From Eledone cirrhosa (taxonomy: Eukaryota), in NCBI GenBank assembly GCA_964016885.1, contig OZ024740.1, positions 380,556,001 to 380,620,000 on the forward strand: a DNA stretch of 64,000 nt, written 5' to 3'. A program made the position numbers and the translations under genes. The notes under the pieces were generated by a model that was given only the letters and a program-made list of their open reading frames with translations, had not been told where the DNA came from and ran no database searches. Positions 1-15,314 of this stretch are shown piece by piece. The first letter of the stretch is position 1. Each line of letters begins with the position of its first letter.

Positions 1-1075
1 GTTTAATTAACCATCTCTCTTGGCTACATTGAACATAAAAAAATCAACTTTCACATCCAAACAAAAGATTTGCTTCTGAAAATTAAAGCAGATCTATCAA
101 TATTTTAACTGATAGCCAAAGTTCAATGAGATTATTATTCAGGTGGAAACATTGAGAAAAATCTGCATACACACACACACTAAACACTGGTTTTAGTCAG
201 TTGTGTTGTACATCATGATTTTACATCCGTTCTCCAAGCTGTCAAGTGTTGGACAGGTTCCCATGGTCCCAGACTAGACTAAGTCAAGGAACTATATCTT
301 ACACATACATTTCATATTTGGCATGGTTTCTACAATTGGATGCTTTTCCTAACACCAACCATTTTACAGAGTGTACAGGGTGTATTTTATTGCAGCACCA
401 ACACTGTAACATTACAGAGTAGACTGGGTCCATTTTTATGTGACACCCACACTAGAAAGGTTGTCATATGCTTATCCAAACTGAAGAGTCCTCTCTACTC
501 TGATTGTCAACCACTTTACAGTGACACTAACAATGTACACAGGGTCCTCTGTACTTCATGTTGTCTTGGTCTTTCTGGCAGGAGTGGGGAACTATGTTTC
601 ATTGTCTCACCAAACATTGTCTTGTCTACTGCAGGCAAAAGGAACCTCTCATCACATTTACTTTTAGCATCCTAGTCCTTGTACTGGTGGGTGGATCTTT
701 TGTATTATATCATATTTCCAGTTAAATCCATCATGTGTCATCTCTTTTGTAAAGGTTCTTGTGGTTATTCTTTATCATATCTTTCTTGGTCTCTCTCTAC
801 TGCAAATACAATCAAATTCAAGTGCTCTGCACTTTTTTCATACAATTCTTGTTCTCTTTATGCATCACTTGACCATACCAGTGCAATCATCTCTTTATTT
901 GATTGCTCTTATACTTAGCTTTTCTCTCAATTCACATGTGCTCTGTTTATGCACACTAACATTACACATCCAGCAAAGCATGCATGCATTCATTTCTTTT
1001 TCATAGGTTAAAGTCAATGTAACATTGCAGTTTGAATACAAGCATCATATAATCTGCCCTTCACTCATATATATA

Positions 1076-1696
<621 letters not shown>

Positions 1697-2569
1697 TATC
1701 CCGGGTTCAATCAGGGGGTAACCATATTTTATATATATATAATATTTAGAGAAAAGCCCTTTTGCCAGCAGAGTTAACAGCTCACTGAACTTCTTTCTGC
1801 TTTTGTTTAACATAAGAAAATAAAGAATTCTAAATATACATTTTCCAGCAGAAGTATGTGTGTATGTAATGTATAAATCAGGTACACTCACATCTTACAA
1901 ATAAAAGAGTATGAGTATGAATGACTATGTAATTTTGATTTCCTTTTGGAAGAGCTAATACAGGAAATATGTCTAAGTGTAACTTAACACCAGACATAAA
2001 ATATTTGAATTGATAATAACTGAACATATGTGTTTATTGTTTTCATAACCTATAATTTGACACCAGCCATATTGAATTACAAAAAAAATCATGATAAAAG
2101 GCCCTACAGGTTCAGATTTATTGTTTAACTCTTCTGATGCAAAACTACCTCTGGTTTTATGTTGTTAAAGTTGCTGATTTGAAAGTATTCAAAGTTTAAT
2201 TTAGATCTTCCAACATGATTTTATTTAAGAACCTATTAAGTTATGCTCCAAACATTAGCTTAAAAATCCTTAATAAATCTCTACAAATTCTTAATTATTT
2301 TCAAAATGAATTGAAAATAATTAGTGCGGTTGGCAATAGGAAGGGCACACAACTGTAAAAACCATGCCTAAAGGGATGAGAGGAGCCTTCATTTGTGTCA
2401 ACAGCATGAACACTTCTCTAATGTTGGTGATGTACACGATAAACACACCCAGTACATGCAGCCTGAACACGTCTCTCGTGCGCGTGCGTGCGTGAACATG
2501 GAACAGCAGATGTAAAATGATGATGATGTGAGTGTATAAATATATATATATATATGTGTGTGTGTGTAT

Positions 2570-3275
2570 GTGTAGGCATCCTACTAGCTGAGAAATGGAT
2601 AGGTAAGGTGTTTGAGGTAGTTAGAGTAAGTGATAGAATCATAAGCTTAGATTAACTGTAGGAAATAAACTGGTGACAATCACATCTACCTATGCTCTGC
2701 AGGCAAGACTGGTTCTATGAAGAACTTTTAAGGACAACTTCAGGTATTTATAAAAGAAACCTCATCCTCCAAGAAGGCGACTTTAATGGATATGTGGGAC
2801 AGTACCAGGAATGGATTCAGGAGTTCATTGCAGCTATGGTTATAGCTCAAGGAATGAAGAGGGGCTGAGACTCCTGGAATTCTGTGATGCAAATAAATTA
2901 ACCATCTGCAACACAAATTTCAGGAAACCAGCCAAACACCTGATTCCATATCAATCTGGTGAACACATAAGCCCAATTGATTACTTACTTGTTAGACAAC
3001 AAAACAAACGGACTGTAATAAATACTAAGGCCTCCCATGGATAAGAATGCACTGCCCAGTACAAGTGGTTGATAGCTTCTGCTATCTAGGTGACTTAATT
3101 AGCAGTGAAGGAGGAAGCTCTGAGAGCAAATAACTAGAATAAGGATAAGATGGAAGAATTTTAGAGAGCTACTTCCACAGTTGACAACAAAAGGTTTCTC
3201 TCTACACACAAAAGGACAATGGTATGATGTGTGTGAGCGAATTGCGATGCTGTATGGTAGTGAAACATGGACATG
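2570..3275 (+). mobile_element. Decayed RTE-clade LINE: AP-endonuclease fragment fused to an RT C-terminal fragment
   Basis: GDFNGYVG...RNEEGLRLLEFCDANKLTICNTNFRK...IDYLLVR, then DSFCYLGDLI...MLYGSETW. Confidence 0.85.
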
Positions 3276-3277
3276 CC

Positions 3278-4820
3278 GAAGACTGGAGGTCAGTTTTCCC
3301 TTCAAGTGACTGGAAACTGCCAAGCTTGAACTTTTTCCTGGGGGCCGCACGTTTTTTTTGATTTGTGTTTAAAGTGAAGCTCGAGTTTTCAGAATACATA
3401 AGGTGCCAATGTTTGAAAAGAGGATTCATCCAAGATGTTTTCAAACTGTCTTTTTGTTGGAAGATGGGGTTCATGATGACAAGTTGATGTTCTGCACAGC
3501 AAGCACCTATTGTCATTGCAGTTACCAATGCTGTCTCCCAAGCACTCCCTCCCAAGTTACAGAATCTCAGTTGTCCCCTAAAGTTCCTGAACAGACCAGT
3601 ATGGCCAAGTCAGACTCAGCAGTAGCCTCTCGGAGCCCTTCCCGATCATCAACAGAGTGAAGCAGGGTTGTGTCCTAGTAACGACTCTTTACCATTTTCT
3701 TCAGCAAGATGCTCAAGCAGGCCACAGAAGATCTTGATAATGAGGATGAAGTCTACATTAGATACTGTCTTGATGGCAGCCTGTTTAGTTTTTGTTAACT
3801 ACAGGCCTACACAAAGACCCTAGAGCAACTGATCCGAGACCTCTTTGTCAACTATGTTGCTCTTGTTGTCCACACAGAAAGAGCCTTGCAAAAACTTCTT
3901 GCTTTGCAGAGGCTGCCCACCTTTTGAGGCTGAATGTCAGTTTAAAAAAAATGGAGGTACTCCCCCAGCCTGCACTTCAGGAAGAGTACCGTGCCTCCCA
4001 TATCAACATTGGCAAGATTGAACTGAAAATGGTCTATTGCTTCACCTACCTGGGGTGCACCATCACATCAGATGCTAAGATCGACTGGGAAATTGGCAAC
4101 AGACTGGCAAAGGCAAGTAGTGCATTTGGCAGACTACACAAATGTATGTGGAACAATAATCATCTGAAGAAGGGTACCAAGATCAGAGTGTACAGAGACA
4201 CAGTCCTTACCACCCTCCTATATAGTTCAAAGTTGTGGGTCAATTATTGCCACCACCTTTGAATCCTTGAGCGTTTCCACCAGTGCTGCATCCACACCAT
4301 CCTCAACATCCACTGGAGTGACCAATATTGAACCCTTTGAAAAGGCGGAGGTCACCAGGTTCGAGGCCATGCTGCTGAAGTCCCAACTATGCTGGGCAGG
4401 GTATGTCTCCAGGATGAAGAATCATCACCTGCCCAGGAGCACACTGTATAGTGAACTCTCCACTGGCTATTGCATGAGGGGAGCACCAAGGAAACGATAC
4501 AAGCAATGTTTGAAAAAAATCCCTTGGTGCCTATCACATCAACTGTTGCCAGTGGTCAACCCTACCTGAGAACCGTGAGGCCTAGTGTCTTACCATCAAC
4601 CATGCTCTCTCTTCCTTTGAAAACACTCGCAGGGCCACCCTCAAAGAGAAAAGGCACATGAAGAACCACAACACCAAGTCATCAAACCCTGACCAGACCT
4701 TCAATTGTAGCCACTGCAGCCATGCCTGCCTGTCTCACATTGGCCTGAACAGCCATAAGCATGACTGCAGCTAGCATGACCCACCCACTTCTTAATCTTC
4801 ATTTACAAAGCTATGCCATG
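3278..4820 (+). mobile_element. RTE-BovB-type LINE: 3' RT part on + (~3590-4820), endonuclease part inverted (~3278-3585)
   Basis: + strand: VKQGCVL, FTYLGCTITSDAKID...RLAKASSAFGRL, QLCWAGYVSRM. Minus strand: CAEHQLVIMNPIFQQKDSLKTSWMNPLFKHWHL. Confidence 0.9.
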
Positions 4821-5035
4821 AAGTTGCTGGCATAAATTGCATTGGTCATTGCAGTTTGAGACAAGATGTGGTCAGATAACCATAACTTGCTCATACTTTA
4901 TATATTTTGGCACAGCTTCTACGAGTGAATGTACTGAGTGTAATTTATTGTGGCACCAGCAACAAAATTATTGACAAGTGCATCTGTGTGTGTATGTGTG
5001 TGTGTGTGTATATATATATATACAAGATCTTTGGC

Positions 5036-5454
5036 GCTACGTAGTAATACAGAAGACCCGCCTTGCCTAAGTACAAAGCAAAGCCTACAGTCAGTAGGCA
5101 CCTCTTAACCAAAATACACCCCCGTCCCACTAACCCTACCCCCACCGCCATCTACACCACCCCTTTCGATGTAAAGCTATGTTGGTACCACAACATCCAG
5201 TCCTAAATAAATGAGGTCGTGTAGGTGTCACGACAAAAAAAAACACACAGTCCACGCTGTAATGTGGCCGTGAAGGTAACACGGTAAAAACCTCCCAGTT
5301 CACACTGTAAACATGGTTGGTGTTAGGAAGGGCATCCAGCCGTAGAAAACCCGCCAGACAGTCCTGAGCAAGACAACCAATCTTGCCTCAAGTGGGACAA
5401 TTCCTGTCCAAACCCATGCTAGCGTGGAAAATGGATGTTAAACGATGATGATGA
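5036..5454 (+). mobile_element. SINE-like family B copy, ending GGATGTTAAACGATGATGATG
   Basis: Homologous to 1076-1594; related, more decayed pieces at ~210-450, 13010-13110 and 14265-14595. Confidence 0.8.
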
Positions 5455-5747
5455 TATATATATATATTAGAGAGAGAGAAAGAGACAGTCTGAAATAGAG
5501 TTATGGCTAAAGCCTCTTAGAGACAGTGTGTAGGCCTAACAAAAAAGGCCTTGGGAACACATTTGGTTGCTTTTAGTAGCTGTGAAGTGAAAACTATATT
5601 TTTCTCATACTATATTATATACAATTCATACACATATTCAAAAGTAATTATCTACTGATGTATATTTGACTAAATATGTACACAAAATTATATTATAAAC
5701 TAGAGAGCTACTCATTCTGTTTTATAAAAAAGATGTATAGAACTTAC

Positions 5748-5849
5748 CTTTGTTTGGTGGATATTTGGGATTTTTTCCACCACCTACTAGAGCAAGATAA
5801 TTACAACGAAACAGCATTTCTATGTGACCTATTCCACCATCGTTAAAGT
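5748..5849 (-). CDS. WDR45B: WIPI3/WDR45B coding exon 3 (102 nt); gene presumably continues beyond position 1
   Basis: CTTCTTTGCAG acceptor and GTAAGT donor. Encodes (D)[33 protein letters not shown], the [15 protein letters not shown] signature of WIPI3. Confidence 0.95.
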
Positions 5850-5952
5850 CTGCAAAGAAGTGAGAATTGGAGATGTTTAAAATACTAGATAATCTGTTAA
5901 CAATAGCAGTGTATAATTGCATATATGATAGATTTATATCATCATTATTTTC

Positions 5953-6142
5953 GGCGGTGGATTGGCAGTATCAGTAGAGGGTTGGACGCCATGCTTTGCA
6001 GCATAGAGTTACGGCCCTTTACGGTCTGCGTTCAAATCCCACCGAGGTTAACTTTGCTTTTCATCCTTACGGGGTCGATAAAAGAAAGTACCAGTAATGC
6101 ACTAGGATAATTGCTGGCCTTGTGCCAAAAGTAGAAACAATT
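5953..6142 (+). mobile_element. tRNA-derived SINE family A (~190 bp)
   Basis: A-box-like TGGCAGTATCAG and B-box GTTCAAATCC; 3' ...GGCCTTGTGCCAAAAGTAGAAACAATT; many copies in the window. Confidence 0.85.
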
Positions 6143-6694
6143 ATTTTCATTTAACATCCACATTCCTTGTTAGTAAAGGTTGAATGGGTTGTCAGCACAT
6201 TGGATTAGTACTCAAAGTGGAGGTACTTACCTCAGAGTGGGCTGGGAGCCTGCATCCCACTTATGGGACAAAGGCCCACAGATGGGACTAAGGCCCACAG
6301 ATGGGACTAAGGCCCACAACTTGCTTACGTATGATCCCATGCACTACCATGTACATCTTGTCATGACACTATTACTGGAGAAGTTGATATGTCCTCTTGA
6401 CACAGCTGAAGAATCCTCCCAATATTTTTGTTTGGCAGGTTTTCTACTATTGGATGTTCCTCTTATCACCAGTCACTTTACAGCGTGTACTGGGTGCATT
6501 TCTCATGTAATCCCGACATTCATGAGGTTAGCTGAAGAGTCCTCCCGACCTTTTGTTTGGTAAGTTTGTATAATTAAATATATATGTCTTACTATGTATG
6601 TTTTAGGCTAAGGTCATGTCACAGTTATCTCATGGCCTCTGAGATAGCTGTGATGTGACCTCAGCTTAAAACATTCATGAGATATGTTTATAGA

Positions 6695-6997
6695 GCATTG
6701 GCCTTGCAATCAAAAAGTTGTGAGTTCAATTCTCAGACCGGGTGACGTGTTGTTTCCTTGAGCAAGACACTTTATTTCACATTGCTCCAGTTTACTCAGC
6801 TGTAGAAATGAGATGATAGGGACTGGGGTCCATATCATTCCACTGCAAAGTGGTCGTGGAGGTGCCACGGCAAAAAAGCACCCAGCACTCACTGTAAACG
6901 AGGTTGGTGTTAGGAAGGGCATCCAGCTGTAGAAATCAAGCCAGAATCAGTTCCTGTCCCACCCTTGCAAGCAAGGAAAAAGCGGACGTAAAATGAA
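6695..6997 (+). mobile_element. tRNA-head/CORE-like SINE; near-identical partial copy at 21040-21330
   Basis: B-box-like GAGTTCAATTC and CORE-like CCTTGAGCAAGACACTT; 3' end GCGGACGTAAAATGA shared with family B. Confidence 0.65.
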
Positions 6998-8192
6998 AAT
7001 GAAAAAAAAATGAAATATAAATGTATTGTATATGCCTTCATATACACCTCTATTATGAATCATGCTCTATTAATGCTAGTGCTAATTAAACTTAACATTA
7101 TATAAAAATAATATGCCACACTTTTTACTTTAACCCTTTTGATACCAACCAAACCTAAACTGACCCTGGTTTTATGAAACAAAACAATTCATTTTAAAGG
7201 ATTCCTATTTAAATTAAAACCTTCTATGATAATTATATGTAAAAATCATATATGACATTACTATCAAAGTAATGAAACAATTTTAGTAAATCTCTCAAGC
7301 AAGATGGTTGGATAACATTCATGAACTCGGTTAGTTTCGCTGGAAACAGTTGCTTCTGACAGGATCCACTGGAAAACATACTTGAGGATCTTCCTAGGAT
7401 TAAGCAATAGCAGGGATAGCAATGACAATGATTAAGAAGGAGGATCCAGTTTGAATATGCTTTATCTCAATAGTAATGTTTAGTTCAGAGAAATGCAGGA
7501 TGTAGTGTATACAGGCTTGTAAAATATCACATGATTGTTGTTGTTGTTTAGTCTAAATTAGTTTTGATGAGCAGACTTATGAAAAAAATTCTAGCTGTAA
7601 CCATTTAATCTGTTTGTATATCCATTGCAATGAACTACTCCTGGTTTGAGGAAGAATTGACTGCAATTCGAACAATTTAAGTAACTAAATTGAGATACTT
7701 TCATTAACTTATCATTATGTGAGGCTAATTGTAAGGAATATTGCAGCAGCTGCATCAAGGATGCTGCAATGAAGAGAGCATTTTCAAAGCCTTTTAATAG
7801 TCATCAGTGAAAAACTGATTTGAAGAATATATTCTGCACTCAGATGCTCCTCTTCCTAGGATATTATTTTTGCTATTGTTACTGAGTTTCGACTTGAGTA
7901 TTCTTCTAGTTGCAAAATTCTCACATTCGACCTGGTGTTCTAAGTAAATAGGTAGTAAAGAATGTTGGACCAGCACCCCAGCATTGAAATCAGTTGATGA
8001 TATGTTTAAATACTATTTATAAAAGCATACACACACAATGTCACATGTGTCTAAATGATTAATCCAAGTGGATATTAACATACCATGACATCCATTTAAT
8101 TATAGTCACACACACACACCATAAGTGTGTGTGACAATCACTTTAATGCTCGTGCAGACAAGCCACAACAAAGATACCATTTCTTCACTTAC

Positions 8193-8267
8193 CTTGTCTC
8201 TCTTTCTCTTTCAGAGGATCAGTGTTGTATACTCTGAAGCCACTTTCCATCCCACAAGCAAAGCATC
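8193..8267 (-). CDS. WDR45B: WIPI3/WDR45B coding exon 2 (75 nt; too short for the ORF track)
   Basis: Poly-T tract + TAG acceptor and GTAAGT donor. Encodes (G)[24 protein letters not shown]; phase 1-1, continuous with exons 1 and 3. Confidence 0.95.
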
Positions 8268-10309
8268 CTAAAATTAAAAAAATAAAAAGTTACTATTATA
8301 ACAAAAAAACAAAACAAAGTATTTTTATTTAGAGAAATGTATGATGAAATACAGTTAAGACTAGGAATACTTGACTAGAATGGCATGAATCAAATTGGTA
8401 ATTATAGGCACTAAGCTATAAAAAATGACATACATTTTAACTTTCGTGACCATATAATATACCTTATGACTGTTCATGTACTGCAATAATCTTTTTTTTT
8501 TAATAATCAAAAATTTGGAAGGATTTATTATACCCTTTAAACTTTTTCCTAACTTCATTTCTTATGAAATACACTGTTCATGTGTTCCAATTCTTTTTTT
8601 TTAATAATTAACACTTTGGAAGGGCTTGATAAAATAGCTAATTTCTCCATTATAAAACTGTTGTTTAGAACATAAAAGAATCTTATTTATAATTTTAAGA
8701 GCTGGTTTAAATTTAAATATAATACTTAACATGAACAGTTTTGTATCATAAAATTAAAAACAGTATCAATATTTAATACAGATCATGTGCGTGATTATTA
8801 AAAGCTTCTAAGAAAAAAAATAGCTTTTTTTTCAAACGTGTGCCTGAAATATGATAAAACGGGAGAATTTTGTGGGCATTTAGACTCAAAACAGTCAAAC
8901 TTGGAAACAAATTTATCAAATTATCACCATGGCATTCAATTTTAGAATAGGTTCACTGTATCCATGCATGCCAAACAGCAACGAATATGCATGTAAAAAC
9001 AATAATGATATATATATTTCCACATCTGCTTTTCCATGCTGTTATTTTGAGGCAATATTCTACAGCAACAATACATGAGTAGACAAATACATATATATAG
9101 TCAGTCTTCAGCACAGTTTCTATATATTATTTTCACTCACAAGGTGTCATGCAGTGGGATTGAATCTGAAACCATGTGGTTACAAAGTAAACTTCTTAAC
9201 CACACAAACATGCCAACATGTATCCTAATTATGCTCAGTCCAAAGTGAAGTTTGGGTTGAAAATTGTAGCATAAGCTCAGTAACTGTGAAAGCCGATGTA
9301 TATCTTTTTTTATGCTGGAGAATTTGATGTAAAGGAGTTAATTTTGTTTGGTAACAACAATAACAAAAAACAATCCTATTTCATTTATGAACAACTAATG
9401 ATAAAGAGATTCCAGTACAAAGACTAAATATGTCAATGTGAACATACTATTCAGTGAAATTCATACAAATTATTTAGACCAAAACAGAAAAAAAAAATGT
9501 TTTAATAAAAACAATTAGGCTTACTTCTAACTTACTTTTTAATATCAGACAAATCAAGTAGGTGAAATTTAGTACATGTGAGAACCCCAGGCATGTAACG
9601 ACCCCAGGCATGTAACAAATTTTGTTTTCTCTTTTACAATTATCAATATTTATCAGTTTCTATTTTACCCTATTGTTCTATAATGAAAATAACAGCATAT
9701 AACTATATAGGAGTATTGCTATGGTTACATATTACTGGTTTGCTTTGCATATTAATGATAGTTTGGTGACTGCAATAAATTATCTTCATAATAAACAAGA
9801 TTCAATCCACAGTATGACAATGGGTTTCAAACATAAACAATGACATGGGAAAGCTTCCTAGTGATTCCTTCTGCATAAAGAACATATAGATATGTGTGGG
9901 TTAACATAATGTAGTGAGAAAAAATGTTTAATTAATTGAAATTACACCTGTAATGAGAAGAAGTCATTAGTGTTAAATGACAATTCTTGTTAAGAAAACT
10001 AACAGTGACAGCTCCGAAATTTACATTGATAAAACATTAAACAAGGACTGAATGAATCTGATCTTTGGGAACTAGAATGGCAACTCTGAACATGCTTTCA
10101 TCATATAAGACCTTGTTGGCAAAGCAGAGTCTTGGAAAAATTCCAAAATATGTCTTCTGCATAAAGAACATAGAATTAAAGGAGGACTATGAAATATACT
10201 TTGGACTTAATAAAGAAATGCACTGTAACATTTGTTGAATAACCACTAATAGTATTCATGCTACACTTATAGTAAAGAGAATTTTTAACACTTGTCAAAC
10301 TATCACTTA

Positions 10310-10528
10310 CATGTTGGGTGCTGAAAAGTTCCTGGCTTTATTGCTGCTACTGAGGTCTGGTTGGAGGCACAACCTTTTGAGTTATTTTTACAGAGCTTAG
10401 AAAAACAAAGGACCACTGCAATAAGTGTGGAGTCTGAGAGGGAAGTATGTTGAATAAAATCATAATTAACTGATTCTCCTGTATTTTCTTTTACTCCAAG
10501 CCAGGAACTTTTCAGCAACTCCTTCATA
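10310..10528. mobile_element. Tc1/mariner-type MITE
   Basis: Inverted termini TGCTGAAAAGTTCCTGGCTT / AAGCCAGGAACTTTTCAGCA, ~220 bp. Confidence 0.75.
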
Positions 10529-11449
10529 TGCAAATTAGATCACTCTTGAGTAAACTAAATTATCTATATTTTATAGAACTGTAGTTCTTAATAACTGTAA
10601 TTATTTTCTCAACAGAAACTAATTAGCATTACTATTTGTGAAACTGATCCTTCCATCATCTGTACCATTTTACTGATAATTTTTTATTCACACTATGACA
10701 ATATATATTTTAAAACATAAATCTAATTCAGTATCATCATTCTCCAACTCCAGTAGAAAACAGCCACAACTTTCCTCCATTTATTGCAGCAATCATAATC
10801 AGCTGTGGTCCTATGACCAGATTAGCATTAGTCATTGATGGGGTTTGAAATACTAGGCAGAATTTGAACTAACTTGCTTAACACAAACAATTTCACTCAT
10901 CACCATAAATTGTACTTTATTTTATCAACACCAAATAGATGAAAAGCAAAGTTGATTTCAGCAGACTTTGAACTCAGTCAACACATCACAGCTGGAACAA
11001 ATATCACAAGATTATTTATCTGACACTCTAATGACTGCCAATTCACTGCCTTCAGTATATTGAAGTTTCAGAATTCCTTTCTTATTTGTTGGATGCCTGG
11101 AGCTCTTATGAACTAACGCCACATTAGTTTTGTAAATTCATTGAAATTTCATAGGCAATCTCTTTTTTCTTTTTTTTTACATTGGACTTGATACCAATGC
11201 TTCAAAATAATCTTACTATTAATGATACTCCAGTAACAAGGAGAATTTGAACTCAAAATGGAAAAAGCCAGAACAGACACTGCTCGTCTGATACTAGCAA
11301 TTTTGTCAATCCAGTACAATAAACTGGTTACTTCATTTACCAACCCTAATAGGATGACAGCAGAATTTCAACTTAATGCATAGAGCTGGAACAAATATCA
11401 CAATTCTCCAATGACTCTATAAATGTATCCCTTAAATACATTAAGACAT

Positions 11450-12720
11450 CAAATCTTGTGACAGTATGATTCCACCCACTCTCAACAAGGAAGACAGATA
11501 GATAAAAATGCAATAGAGAAAACCTAAAACTCAAAAATACACCTTTAGGGAATGAAGAAATTATTACATGATTATAATCATCTTCAATTACTCATGCCAA
11601 CACTGCAAAATCCCCCAAATCTGGTAACTAGGCAGTATCAAGAGAATTCTAAACACCACCCTAAACTCAATTGAAGCCATATCCCTCTCCAATGCACACC
11701 TCAAAAACTCATTAAAAAACTGACCTTTGATATCATAAACCTACTCGTTCCAATTTTCAACTCAAAACATGGATACAAACCACTGTATTCAAATACCAGA
11801 CTACTTTACAAAAAGAAAACAATAGCTTCAACACTAAAATCTATTATAAACATCATTAACAGCATTTGACTTCATTTGCCACAAAGCACTTGTAAAAAAA
11901 ATACAAATCATTTTGAACAACACAAAATGTTGGATGGTAAACTATCTTTCAGGTTACTAAGCCTATGTAGTAGACAATGACGACAGATGAAAATTATGTA
12001 ATTTTCTGAACCAAATACTGCAAGGATTGGCCTTATCACCTATTCTTTAACTTATATCTACATAACTTTCTGTACACTAAAATATATACATACAACCTTA
12101 TATGCAGATATCATTGCAGTTAGCCCCTCCTCCTTTCAGAAATAACTGCACAACTAGTCCTACCCTACACCAATTGTGTAGAAACCTCATAAATAAATAG
12201 ATTAAAAGTAGCACCTACCACATTCACTGGCTCCCTTCTAACCAGCACTTAGCAGCACTTGCTTATACTACATATCTCCTCTCACCAAATTTCTCCACAA
12301 GAAACTACAAACAGTACAAAACAGTGAACTTTGTTATCATAAATTGCACAATTGCCATTATCCTCATTTAATGTCTGTTTTCCTAGCTAGCAGGGAGTTG
12401 TACGTGTCATTACAAAGTCAATACTTCATAGGAGCTACTGACCTCTCTAAAAGCTCAGCTTCACAACAAAAATGAAAAACTACAAGCAAATATGAGGGAC
12501 ACAGATTTTTGCTGCAGCAAGCTCTACCTTTCATGTGCAATCATTGTCAAACACCCAAATATTTCTACACCCTCCCCTCTCCCCAGGACACAAGTATAAT
12601 ACCGTCATACACACCCCTGACAAATACAAAAAAAGTGACAGCGATAGCAATATCAACAAGCAACTCATTCTTTAATTACTACCACAATATACGCCATCAG
12701 AGATCAGTATAGAGAAACAA
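11450..12720 (+). mobile_element. Highly decayed AC-rich LINE RT fragment (I/Jockey-like); related pieces at ~22080-22700 and ~62330-63480
   Basis: Remnant motifs AFDFICH and YAD here; DISKVFNS and YTDDI in the related copies; many stops and frameshifts. Confidence 0.55.
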
Positions 12721-14264
12721 AACTTACCCTGATTGACTAAATTGCTATCACTCGAGCCTATTTGTATCAGGACCAGATTGCAGCATAAAAATGCAACATA
12801 ATTGTGGCACTGCATGTCAAACAATAACAAAATTCAATAACATTAAATTTTGAAAAGTGCAGAGTTGTTCTCAACTAGGTAGAGGCATAGGATATCTGGA
12901 TTTTGGATTGCACCAAGTCATTGTTTGACTATTAAAACTTTCAATACCAAAACCCCCGAAACTGCTCTGGATCTACAATACAAAACTTTATTTTAAAGTG
13001 TTTATCACCATCATCATTTTTATATTGACTTTTCCATGCTGGCATAGGTTGGACAGGACATTTTCAGGCAATGTTTTACAACCAAATCCTTTCCAGGCAC
13101 AAACCCTTTAGTCTTATAACATACAGGAATATGTTGTACCTATTCTAAATTGGATACACACAGCCTTCTGGTATATTTATCTAAGAGCTTTCCATCTTGA
13201 TTTTTTATGAGAAACTAAGTTACGTTCCAAATACCAGATTAATAATAAGAAAGTTAATGATATTACTAAATTCCTATAATTTCTTGATTATTTTCAAGAT
13301 TATTTGAAAATCATAGGCAGTGTCTTTTATTAGAAACATAGTAATGAAAGGGTCAGACACAACCCCCCCCCCCCCCCCCCCCAAGAGATGGTGCTAGTTG
13401 TAGTGAATGAAATCACAAACTTGACTACAGGATTGACATCAGTGGTAGTACTTGGGTTTGTTAACATCACCTTTAAAAAACCCAATGCAAAAGTGCTACT
13501 CAGACAGACTGATGCTTGCAACTATGCTGTGATTAGGCTTCTTTATATTTATATTTTGTAACTGAAAGGCAGACTAAGTCCAGTGTTTACAGCCTTATTA
13601 CAATAGGTCTGAAAAATAAGACAAAGTGACTATTATATTAATTAGTATTATTAATTTGAACTCAGAAACACAAAACCTGAAACTAGATCCAGTGAACTCT
13701 GAGTCTAGCTTTATATAAATTTATACAAATTAGACTATTATTATTAGAATATTTTATTTAGTCAAAGTTACAGCAAAATCTTCGATTTCAAAATTCTGCT
13801 TGCCGTTTTCTAAACATACATACATGTGTATACAAACATACATACATCTGCACACCATATTTAGCTTCTGAAAGTTAAATATTTTTACATAAATTGTTTA
13901 TAGTTTAGTCTAATTTGATACCGATACTATACTGATACTTTATGGTTAATGTTCATACTTATTAGAGTTCCAATCAAAAACAAACTGGCGTAGCTCCCAG
14001 ATTAAAAAAATTATAATTTTACTTAACTATATGTAAAAAGATAGGTTCGTGCAATTAGATATAGAGCTTTTTTTTTTTTTAGTTAAAAGAACCAGTTACA
14101 TTATGGATAAAGTTCATATATCCTAAGAAGTTTGACTTTAAATTACCAAGGGAGATAATTCCTATTGAGAATTTTAGAAAAAGGGATAAACATCTTTTAT
14201 ATACATATTTATATATGAAGGTCATGTATATATGATATATAGATATATCCCTGTAAAGAGGTCA

Positions 14265-14595
14265 TGATGGTGACAACAAAAAGCACCCAGCCTGCATGTA
14301 AAGTGGTCCTTTTAGTGATGTGACAAAACGCACCCAGTCCACACTGTAAAGTGGTCGTTTTGATGCCATGACAAAAAGAGGCCAGTCCACACTGTAAAGG
14401 GGTCATTCTGGTACCATGACAAATAAAACGCCCAGTCCACACTGTAAAGGGTTCACGTTGATACCACAATAAAAAGCACAGATGCCACACTATAAATATG
14501 GTTGGCCTTAGAAAGAGCATATAGCTGTAGAAACCAGACCGAAAACAGTTTCTGCTAGCATGGTAAAATGAACATTAAACAATGATAATGGTGAT
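14265..14595 (+). mobile_element. Family B-related SINE with ~43-bp internal tandem repeats (CCAGTCCACACTGTAAAG)
   Basis: Five degenerate repeats followed by a decayed family-B 3' end. Confidence 0.6.
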
Positions 14596-15314
14596 GACAC
14601 ATACACACACACTTGCACAATCCATTAATGCCAGGTATATGACAACAAAGTGGTACTGTAGTTGATGTAAGGTAATCTACAGTTTACCTTATTGACAAAG
14701 CATTCAGTCAATGTTTCTAACATAAAAAACATGCCTCTGTGATTTAGTTTTCATACAATTTAAAGAATATAAAGTCTGTTTAAAGACAATAGGGAGTTTC
14801 CTGACAAAGAATTAGCTACCAAAAACAGGTCAATTAACTTCAAATAAGCTTACTTGTTGGTTAAGTGTAATGCTAAAATCACACCAAAAGAGTTTGAAAG
14901 TTCTATTAGCTAAACCTATATTTTACGAGAAAGTAGTGAAATGCAAACAGATTTCCCTTGATCCTGACATCTACAACATTTTCACCAAGACTTTGCTCTA
15001 TTAACAACCCTATCTCCCTTATAACTTAGAGATCTGCTTAAATGTCACTCATATTGGATTCCAAATGTTAACTGAACAATCAGGCAAAATTTAAGTTCCA
15101 GATCCTGACTGAAAGACTATGCTTCAAATTATGGCTGGAAGCCTTTGTTCTAAATTCAAAGAATTTAAGATCACAAATCATCTAGATTTACATATGAATT
15201 TTGACTTCTGAACATCTCTATGATGTATGCAGTTATTTGCAAAATCATGTGCAACATTTTATGCATATGAAGTACTACATAATGCAATAGAAATGATACA
15301 TGAGGTAAAATAAT

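Noticed and set aside
5953-6050. tRNA gene
   Set aside because: A/B boxes are present, but the sequence is the head of a multi-copy SINE with TSDs and no clean cloverleaf.
14280-14500. Regularly spaced ~18-bp repeats superficially like a CRISPR array
   Set aside because: The spacers are homologous to each other; these are internal tandem repeats of a eukaryotic SINE, with no cas genes.
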